From: Octopus vulgaris
Taxonomy: Eukaryota
Direction: 5' to 3'
Assembly: GCA_951406725.2 (NCBI GenBank)
Contig: OX597830.1
Span: 4,278,001 to 4,342,000 of the forward strand
Length of the DNA stretch: 64,000 nt
In this document: one piece after another, positions 54,308 through 64,000 of the stretch
Numbering within the stretch: the stretch's first letter is position 1
Layout: each line of letters opens with the position of its first letter
Made by a program: the position numbers and the translations under genes
Notes under the pieces: generated by a model
Told to the model about the DNA's origin: nothing
The model's input: only the letters and a program-made list of their open reading frames with translations
Databases searched by the model: none

Positions 54308-54525
54308 AAGGGCAGCAAGCTGATACAAGCATCAGAGAATCAGAAAAATTACTTTGCAAAAGTTCTTCACATCCTGATTCCATGCTCTGTCAGTGTCACC
54401 ATTACTGTTTATCCCTTGAGGCTGATAAGAATAAATAAAGCACCAGTCAAAAGCGGGAGTTGATGGTATCAACTTACTCCCACACCTGGAAACTGCTGAC
54501 TTTGGGACTAAATAGGAAACCAGCA
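54308..54525 (+). mobile_element. SINE family B, diverged
   Basis: aagggcagcaagctga...ttatcccttgag...ataaataaagcaccagtc...gttgatggtatcaact. Confidence 0.55.
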
Positions 54526-55019
54526 TTATGTCATTAATGAGCTTCTCAATAAATTCTGGGAAATTAATAATGACAGTAACTGGAAATTGGTTAGGTTTGT
54601 TTTAAAGAAAATCAACAGTGGTGGTGCTTCGGAATCAAAGTGAGTCTCTCGTTAAAATTATGTCTTAAACCATTTAATTTATATGAATTGATTTATTTAT
54701 AACTTAATGACTACCTTTTCAATTGCAACAACAGGAAAACAACATTAGGTATCAATAAATTTCAGATGATTTTATCCAAGTTTTTTCTTGGCTGATCTGT
54801 TTTTTATGATTAATTTAATGAAATACACTTCATAGCCAACTTGCTGTAAAATTTTAGTACGTATTTAGTTATGCAATTTCTATGATACATACAGACTGTA
54901 TATATTTATATATACATGTGTGTGTGTGTGTTTATGTGTTCCTACACAGCATACACACATATGCAAATACACCCACATTGCGTGCACACACACACACACA
55001 CACACAATATATGTAATCA

Positions 55020-55322
55020 TGATCATCTTCATCATTATTCAATTTCCACTTTTCCATGGGTTGGACCGAATTTGTCGAAGTAGATTTTCTACAAATGGAT
55101 ACCCTTCCTGTCACCAAACTTCACCTGTTTCCAACCTAGGAAATATTTCACCATGGAAGACAGGAAAGGAACATTATCACTCGAATGATGCTGATGCATT
55201 TTTACAATCATCACATAATCTCAAGACAACGTTTATACCCAAACACACACGCACTACATAAAACAAATACGACAGGTTTTATTCAGTTTTTGTCATTCAA
55301 ATCCACTCAAAAGGCTTTGGTA
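55020..55322 (-). mobile_element. SINE family A2, diverged
   Basis: ttttccatgggttggacc...ggatacccttcctgtcaccaa...(CA)n...aaatccactcaaaaggctttgg. Confidence 0.65.
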
Positions 55323-55329
55323 TTTCATA

Positions 55330-55572
55330 CGTGTGTGTGTGTGTGCCATTTCAAATGCACATTGCATGGTCGTTGTAAATGAATGTCTTTGTCATACATT
55401 TGATGGCATTTCATTTTCTATCTTCGATGAAAATATGTCTGGTCACAGGTAGATATCACATTGCTTGGAAACAAATAAGAGTTGTTGACAGGAAGCGCAA
55501 GTGGGTATGGAAAATTGGCCTCCATGAATTCTATTAGACCCATGCAAACATGGAAATGTAGGTGTTAAAAAT
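55330..55572 (+). mobile_element. Family A2 3' module
   Basis: atgtctggtcac...atcacattgcttggaaaca...gttgttgacaggaagcgca...cccatgcaaacatggaaa. Confidence 0.6.
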
Positions 55573-55975
55573 CAATGTAAATGTGCTTGATGTATATTTA
55601 CATACATGTATACATATTTATATTATATTGTATGCATGTATGTATGTGTGTATGTAATATGAATGTATGTATGTGCAGATTTGTATGTTTTATGTATGCA
55701 TTCTCATGCGTGCAGTTGCATATCTAGACATGCTCATATACACTAAAATGATAAACGTCTGTAAAGTTTTGCAGATTTTTACGGTTCCAGTAATGGATTT
55801 GATATGTAGTCTTTGAATTAACTTTCCCCTTTCTAGTTTTGAGAAGCCTAACTTCTCAAGATTGGTATTTAGGCAGTGTATTACATATCCCAGGGCCCCA
55901 ATAATTACAGGTATTAACCTGCACTTGGACAGAGTAATTTTAGATATGTATGTGCCTATATTTATCTATCTATCC

Positions 55976-56013
<38 letters not shown>

Positions 56014-56895
56014 ATATATGGGTGTCCTGTACCCATATATGCATGTATATATACATGTAGAGGTAGGTACGTATATATATGTATGTATATATGTATATAT
56101 GCATATGTTTTATTTTATTTATTAATTTATATATATATATATGTATACATACACATGTACACACATATACAAACATGTGCCGCACATGCACACACACATA
56201 TACAAAGTGAGATTTCATATTTATGATTTACTTAGATATTATCAAATGTACATAACGTACATATTTTCATATACAATAGGTCTCTCTATATTATCTCTAC
56301 ATTATACATAGCAGCATATACGATAAATACATGTGTATATGCATGTGTGTGTGTGTGCATACATGTAAAATACAGTTGAGGAGAGAGCCAAAGTCCAGCA
56401 GCATATTAAATTATTAATGTCTGTGCATACACAGGACTCTTTCTTCACCCTTTTGTAGATTCATTTCCGTATTTTTTTTCTTTATATTTTCCTTTTTATT
56501 TTTACTGAAATTGAATTTCTAGAAATATGGAAAAAGTGAGAAAAAGAAATGAGGGGAAAAAAAAAAAAAAAGAAATGAAATTAAACACAAAAAAAAGTTG
56601 GCAATGAATGATTGAAGATATGATATGTGGCTAGAGAAAATGAAATTAGGATTAATAGGGTGTTGCCAAAATCTTTTATCAATATATGTGTTATAGAGAA
56701 ATGTGCCTTGTTGTGGAAGAAGACTTAGAGTGAAAAGATTCCACTTAGAATAGAATATGGAAGGGACAAAATGGTGAGAAATAAAAGAAGTATATTAAAA
56801 CCCATCGGTTTTACTTGAAAGATCACAAATGGAATGAAAATATAAATAAATCACTGAAAATGTTTGGAAGAAGTTTTTAAGAAGCCTTGTGTGAT

Positions 56896-56927
<32 letters not shown>

Positions 56928-57209
56928 AATATATGATGGGGGGGTGCGTGTATATCTATCTATCTATCTCTCCCTCTTTCTCTCACTATATATATCTATG
57001 TGTGTGTGTGTGTGTGGGATGTAGATAGCTAAGTGTGTGTATGTTTTGGGCTAAATGCATGACTAGTATCTATTAATCAATTTTTAGTATAGTTTCACTT
57101 CATCGCCAACGACTTCTGTTTATATTGTGTGTTTGTGTGTGTTTGTGTGTCTGTAAATATAATTACCTCTATATAATTTATACATAATATATATTTGTGT
57201 GTATATATC

Positions 57210-57248
<39 letters not shown>

Positions 57249-57324
57249 CATGCATACATATAACATCTATTCTTTGTATATAAAAAAGGAACATGTGTAT
57301 ATGTATAATAGGTATATGTGTGTA

Positions 57325-57365
<41 letters not shown>

Positions 57366-57916
57366 GAGGGAGAGCTTTACATATATGTAGAGTAGAAAAA
57401 AGGACTTGGCTTAACTTATGGAAGTTATTGCCTTTTGAAAACAGCAATAGTGATCAAAGTAGGCAGTAAGGTGGAGTTAAGTTTATGAGGAGAGTAAATA
57501 CTGTCAGAACATTCTGAAATGAAAATCAGCCAAATCAGTTAAAGGAAGATTTAGAAAGCTTTAGAAATATAAAGAAAGCAAAATAAAACTTGTTAACTTC
57601 TTCCTTTCTACCCAATAAAATTGGATAAGTAAATTGACAAAAGGCTTGTAAGAAAGAAGTAGTTTAACACAAGATAAAACAAACATCTTCAATAATATTA
57701 TATCAGACTTTTTTGAACAGCTCTTCTTCCACTCAACTCATTTCACTATCATCATGGTTATATGGGCAAAACCATACCATTTCCTAATATATCGTTCAGC
57801 TTCTGATTTTTTTATATGATTTTTTTTTTTTTACTTTCCTTTTATTTCCTAATTTTTTTCATCTGAATATTTTTTGATTTGCTTTTGTTGTTATTTTTAC
57901 CAACAACTTCACCCAT

Positions 57917-58003
57917 CTCCTTCTACCCACCTCCTTCTACCCTCCTCCTTCTACCCACCTCCTTCTACCCACCTCCTCCTACCTTCCTCCTTCTACCCTC
58001 CTC
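57917..58003. repeat. 14-bp minisatellite (ctccttctacccac), about six copies
   Basis: Seen directly. Confidence 0.9.
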
Positions 58004-58324
58004 CTCTTGTTATTTTGCTTATGTCTCTGCTTCCATCTCTTACCATACTTTTATTCACTCTTTCTTGTCTCACACCTTCATAACTTCGTTTTTTTTTTAT
58101 CCCAATTGCAGGTCATTCTTGCTTTTCCCCCCCTTTTTTATCTGAATCTATTCCTTAGTTTTCTTTCTATTTCACCTCCCATATCTATGTGTACATAAAT
58201 GTGTACTTACACACATACATACATATATATATACACAATCACACACAAACACAAACACTTATATACACACACACACACATACACACACATGTATATGCAA
58301 AGTAATTTTATATAACAGGAAAGA

Positions 58325-58480
58325 TACACAGGCAGGGAGAAGATCTGAAAGAGCCAACACCTTGAGAAGAAAGGAGTGGACCTAGTGGTTATTTTGGAAG
58401 TTGGAAGTGGGGACAGGCATAATATGAGTGTTGGAAGGAAGAGACACCTGAGTGGGGTAAACATAGCAACAATGGACAGC
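58325..58480 (+). mobile_element. Possible decayed RTE-clade LINE endonuclease fragment
   Basis: Translates TGREKI*KSQHLEKKGVDLVVILEV, resembling the APE N-terminal TGR...L....VD....QE motif; contains an in-frame stop. Confidence 0.3.
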
Positions 58481-60293
58481 AATCAAAATATCTCTTCTAC
58501 AAACTGCCAAAATGTCATGGAGCAGAATAGTGAACATCTCAGTCTAGTATCATAAGTTTGTATCGATATCATGACTCCAGCATCATTAGCTCAATGCTGC
58601 ATTAGCAAGTCAACACTTTCTGAAGCTGCAATTTATAGTGGAGCAAAGGATAAAATCCTGTTTCACTTTACACACCAACTCAATGAAACATAAATTTATA
58701 CATCCATATATACTATTATGCTCACATCATTGCACCTTCACTTTCAACAGACTCAGTTGCAGACTCAGTTGCATCCTGTTTATACATTATGCAGAATCAC
58801 TTGTATCTTGTGACACATCATATATCCACTTGCAGCTCATGTAAGCATCATGCAGATCCACTTGTCTTTATGCGCAACTCCATTGTCTCCCGAGACAAAA
58901 AGGATGCCAACATTGTATGATATCTTTGTTCCATTGCTAACTCTGTAAGGGTAAAATTCATCTTGAGTATATTTATAACATTTACTCCTTCTGAGTAAAA
59001 ATTGTCAAAATTCATATTCTTGATGTATTTTCTTGATGTTGGAAATGAAATTTCAGAAATTTCATATTGCATGTACAATTTACAATGGTTTATCCCAGCT
59101 ACATTGATTTATCACCTCATAGAGAATGGAGAATGTGAACAAAACAGGTGTTAAATGCTATCTAACAGTTTTATCATCAACTGAATTCACTTCATATACT
59201 TACATATGCATACGATATACACATTCACACAACTTACAAGTATATATATTCATCTTTCCACTTTACTCATTCATATGCCTTGCCTGTTACACAATGAAAT
59301 ATATCTGTATCAACACAACAATGATGGTGATATAACTTTAGCTGCTATTTTTACATTCTGCAAAACTCTTCTTTACACTACAGATCCCTTCTTCTTCCCT
59401 TTTACTCTTTCTCAGATGAAATATTTTTAAACTCACCTTTTTTTCTCTCCCTAACAGTTCTTCATACATATTGTACCTTATTCATTGCTTAATTTTCTCC
59501 CTCTCTTTCTCTCTCTCTCATTTCCCTCTGAGGTATATTTCCTTTAATAGGATCTTTTTCAGAGCAATTTTAGTTCAATTATCAAACACCCCTTACACAC
59601 ACACACACTCTCTCTCTCTCCCATCCTCCTCCTCCTCCCAGTCCTCCTTATGTTCGCCTCTTTTTATTTCTTAATTATTTGTCTAATCACTCACTATTTA
59701 ATCCAAGCCCTTGGGACTTTCCTTTCTCCAACATTCTATTCCCATTCCTTTCCTTCCCACCAATAGTCTTACAACACGGAATTCTAACTAACCACAATCC
59801 CCCCTCCCCTTTATTCTCACACCCATTCATTCTTTTTCTATCAACTCATTTCACTAAATTTTATTTCCTCCTCCTCCTCCTCCTCCTATTCCAACAATGT
59901 TCACTTGAACATCCGACAACACTCCACCACCCCACCACACTGCTCCACCACAGAACCTTTCCACTGTTCAGACTGGTATCCTCCCACCCAACACACCCTT
60001 ACCTTTAACAACAATTCTACACCTTCTTCACTACTTTTAAATTACTCCACATTTTCTCTACAAGCATGGCTGCTTTTTGCTTATAGTAGAAGATGGAGAA
60101 GACACTAGCAACAATCTGATATCTCCATCTTACTAAATAAACTCAGGTTTTACTTATTTATTCAACTTTCTGCTTGTTTGTCTTATCCTTCCTTTTTATC
60201 CTTATCTCTCTCTCGATTTCAATCTCCTAATTTTTTTTCTTCATTTACTGACTTATAATTTTTCCTCTTTTAGTTGCTACTCTCTCTCCCTGT

Positions 60294-60296
<3 letters not shown>

Positions 60297-60325
<29 letters not shown>

Positions 60326-60559
60326 CATACATACATACATACATACACACATACATACATACATACATACATACATACACACATACATACATACATACAT
60401 ACATACATACATACATGCATACATACAATACATACATACATACGTACATACATACATACATACATGCATGCATAACATACATACATACACACATACATAC
60501 ACACATACATACATACATACATACATATATACATACATACACACATACATACATACATG

Positions 60560-60591
<32 letters not shown>

Positions 60592-60672
60592 CATACACAC
60601 ATACATACATACATACATATATACATACATACATACACACATACATACATACATACATACATACATGCATAC
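60297..60672. repeat. (CATA)n tetranucleotide microsatellite
   Basis: Seen directly. Confidence 0.97.
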
Positions 60673-60679
60673 GTATATA

Positions 60680-60890
60680 TTATCTTTTATGTATTTTAGT
60701 CATTGGACTGCAGCCATGCTGGTGCACTTGCCTTGTAGAGTTTAGTCGAACAAATCGATCCCATATTTTATATTTTTTAAACCTGGTATTTGTTTTATCA
60801 CTCTTTTTTGCCAAACTACTAAGAAATGTAAAGAAGCCACTCAGTAGGAGTGAACCCAGAAACATGTTATTGGGGAGTAAACTTCCTACT
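60680..60890 (-). mobile_element. SINE family A1, internally deleted
   Basis: ttagtcattggactgcagccatgctgg...ttttgccaaactactaag...gaacccagaaacatg. Confidence 0.65.
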
Positions 60891-60912
60891 TTACGGTTAA
60901 AAAAAAGTATTA

Positions 60913-60974
60913 AGGTCTCATTGAGATTTGAACTGAGGTCACTTGATCCAAAATCCAGAATGCTAACCATTACA
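60913..60974 (-). pseudogene. tRNA-Gln(TTG) pseudogene
   Basis: Minus strand TGTAATGGTTAGCATTCTGGATTTTGGATCAAGTGACCTCAGTTCAAATCTCAATGAGACCT aligns without gaps to metazoan tRNA-Gln (TGTAATGGTTAGCACTCTGGACTTTGAATCCAGCGATCCGAGTTCAAATCTCGGTGGGACCT); 5' acceptor strand missing and stems mismatched. Confidence 0.75.
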
Positions 60975-61399
60975 GACACACACATTCATTTCTTACTTGT
61001 TCTCTCTCTTTCTATATGTTTGTATATATATATATATATATATACATATATATATACATATATCTGTCCATCTCTCTATCATGATACATCCATATATATA
61101 CATGTCTTTTTTTTTCCTTCAGTTTCTTTTATACTTCCACTTCCCTTATGCATGTTACCTTTTACTTCTTTTTTTTTAATTCCCTCTCTTCCTTCCATCA
61201 ATTGTCCCCTGTTAATAATGCTTCATCATTAAAATCCACTCTTTTATAATGTTCCATCCTGCCAACCCAAAATACCTTCATATTTTCAACGAAACATTCA
61301 CACCTACATCAGACCAATCAAGAACCTGACAGATAACCAAAGAAGATATTGATAGTTTATCAATAACCTGTCACTGGACTAGTCTTGTGGCTGTGGTCA

Positions 61400-61725
61400 G
61401 CACATTTCACTCTCAACATCATTGTAGAATTGATGAGAGCTTTATTGGAATGCAGGACCCTGGTCAATTCCCACCAGGTAAATGTTGTTTATAGACAAAC
61501 CAATGAAGGAATCTCTACAGGGTTCTTCAACTTGCTAGATATAACAGCTAAATTTTTCAAATCATATTATATGACTTTGAAAAAGAAGGTACATGTTGGA
61601 TGATGTAGTCTTCAGTATATGACACTTGAGGAAAGAACGGCTTACACATGGCTGAAATGCTTTTGACTGTGTGTCTGGTCAGTGAAGGCTGCCCTGAGAT
61701 TATAAAATAATTATGACAATAACAA
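61400..61725 (+). mobile_element. SINE-like family D, long copy
   Basis: B-box-like ggtcaattcc, caacttgctagatataacagctaaat, catggctgaaatgcttttga, (aac/aat) tail. Confidence 0.55.
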
Positions 61726-61948
61726 TTACCTGTGAAGGATGAATTCCTTATTGATGAGGAGATTGTTCATCTCTTGTCTATAATAATGAGTCAAATAAAA
61801 ATTTGGGAATCGTTGCACTTTTAGAAGTAAAGGTTGTTCAGAGATGGACTTTTGTATGACAAACTCAGAAATTTAGATCTGAACGAATTTGAACTAGAAA
61901 TTTCCCAAACTAAAACCTCTTAATCCTGCCAGCTCTGCATAATCACTG

Positions 61949-61997
<49 letters not shown>

Positions 61998-62247
61998 ATC
62001 TGGGTTCTTTTCTGTGCTGGCATGGCTTGGATAAGACTCAATTAAGCAGTTGTCTATGGTTGGATTCTCTCCCTGTCAACACTCTTCACCAGTTTATCGA
62101 GTGAGGCATTTTTATTCTGCTGATCTTCTTTCTTGGAAACCACAGAACCTTAGAGTATACTCAGGTGTAAATATGCCATTACTATCACTCAATTGGTGTC
62201 GAGCAAATATGCCTAACTCATGCACCCACCCACCCACTTACATTTTT

Positions 62248-62283
<36 letters not shown>

Positions 62284-62555
62284 CATCATCATCATCATCA
62301 TCGTTTAGCGTCCGTTTTCCATGCTAATATATATATATTCTTTTACTTGTTTTAGTCATTTGACTGAGGCCATTTATATCATGATTATCTATACACAAAT
62401 ACCCTCCTCCTAAAATGGTGCTAACTAATCAAATCTTAGTTTCTGGTTAATTAGCAGAAGATCAAAAAAGGGCTTTTTTTCTAATGGTAGGGCCTTATGT
62501 GAAATTGCTCCTCATGATACAAATCATACTACAAATATCAAAATGGATATAGAAG

Positions 62556-62832
62556 CATGGGCTTGGGAACAGGGGTTGCAGGGGGTGCAAGTGCACCCCC
62601 TAGTATTTTTGTGGGGTGCAAAATCAAAATTTGCATCCCCTACTTACTGTTCTCGGGTTTAGAAAGCGTTAGATAAAAAGTGATTTAAAAAAGTAGCCCA
62701 AAGTTAGATTTCTTCTCAAAGAACAAGGAACAAAAGGGCCACTGTGTTTATATAATCATGGCATTATATATGCCATAGAAAATGTTGTAAAGGGCCATAT
62801 GTGGCCCACGTGCCACAGATTGTTCATTCCTA
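62556..62832. mobile_element. hAT-type MITE remnants
   Basis: Subterminal palindrome agggggtgca-ag-tgcaccccct, and a Charlie-like end gggccatatgtggcccacgtgccacagattgttcattcct. Confidence 0.45.
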
Positions 62833-62939
62833 AGTTAAACTTATCCTCTATTCAACAGCTGATTTATTGCATTCAGTGTTTTACTTTTGCTGTATAATTC
62901 CTACACCATACACACTTTTGTAATATATATATATATATA

Positions 62940-63211
62940 TCACCATGACCGATTTGGCTATCAGATGTTGCTACACATCGCTGGTCACAATGCACTTCAC
63001 ATTGTTTTAGCCTTCAAATGACGCCACTCCGCGTCATTTGAAAGTTGTGGCGAAAGAGTACAACAGGGATCAGCACCACCCCCTGCTGGGGCCTCGTGGA
63101 TCTTTAGGTGTTTTTGCTCAATAAACACTCACAACGCCCGGTCTGGGAATCGAAACCACGATCCTACAACCGCGAGTCCGCTACCCTAACCACTAGGCCA
63201 TTGCACCTCCA
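62940..63211 (-). mobile_element. tRNA(Arg)-like SINE (OR1-like), second copy
   Basis: Collinear with 35076-35380; flanked by (TA)n. Confidence 0.85.
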
Positions 63212-64000
63212 TATATATATAAAGCTATTCAAGAAACTTGATCACCAACATAACCATTATTTTGGAACTGGTCCATGTAGGCAGTCGCCAGAGAGAGAGA
63301 GAGAGAGAGAGAGAGTGAGAGAGAGAGAGATTTAAAGTGTTATGGTCGTCCATTGTTGATGGTTTCTATACCCATAGTTACAGTGGAGTCTAAAGCAGAA
63401 GTGTAAATAGTTACAAGTGTCAGAGAGGTCTCTTCTTTTTGAGATATAAAGGTGATACTAATGTGCAACGATTTCCGGGCTTTGAACGTTCTGTTTATTT
63501 ATTTCTAGCAATGCTACATTTTGTGGCAGACAACTGTAGGCCGTTCGTTTTCTGATTATTAGTCAGATAAATGTAGGATGTGGTAACATGCGTGTAGAGG
63601 GAAGAGAAATTATTCGTTGGCCTCAGTATCTGCACCAACTCGGTTTGCAGGAAGAGGTAGGGTAGATAGAGGTGAGTCTGTGGGGAGGTGTAGACAACTT
63701 AAAATGTCTCTCAGAAATTGTTTTGCAGACTTTTTTCAGACTGAGTTTTGACTTCATCAAGCTCACTAGTGTGGGAGGAAAGCAGTAAAGATTTGAACTC
63801 TCATGAGGATTGCACCATCTTCTCTGACAACTTTAATTTGGATATTTTCAAAAAATAGACACATTTGTCTGATGGCTTTGTTAATCAAAGAATTTTGTGT
63901 AAAGATAAATATAGATAAACAGGTAGATAGTGAAAGTAGTTTATGTTTGAAAAAGAATGGAATAAGGAAGAATGGTGCTACCATGCAGAATAATTGTGAA

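Noticed and set aside
53996-54463. 155-aa ORF
   Set aside because: Starts and ends within family B SINEs; no recognisable domain or splice structure
60245-61232. ORFs up to 254 aa
   Set aside because: (CATA)n repeat running into a SINE, a tRNA pseudogene and low-complexity DNA

Overview
AT-rich eukaryotic DNA, dense in microsatellites, with no recognisable host protein-coding exon, so it is probably a large intron or intergenic region. The repeat content (tRNA-derived SINEs resembling the octopus OR1/OR2 type, very dense (TA)n/(CA)n/(CATA)n/(AAT)n/(CAT)n tracts) suggests an Octopus genome; this is inferred, not database-checked. Supported content: one full-length but degenerate Tc1-superfamily transposon with DD36E spacing (17402-18649), a Chapaev3-like deletion derivative nested in a SINE, several hAT and mariner remnants, at least five SINE/retroposon families with shared modules, two copies of a short element carrying a hammerhead-ribozyme-like motif (Penelope-like), a fold-back element, a near-perfect 83-nt hairpin and a tRNA-Gln pseudogene. 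Nearly all ORFs in the track are microsatellite or SINE artefacts. Family letters A-E are my own working labels. Repeat boundaries were read by eye and are approximate (about +/-10-20 nt) unless TIRs are quoted.
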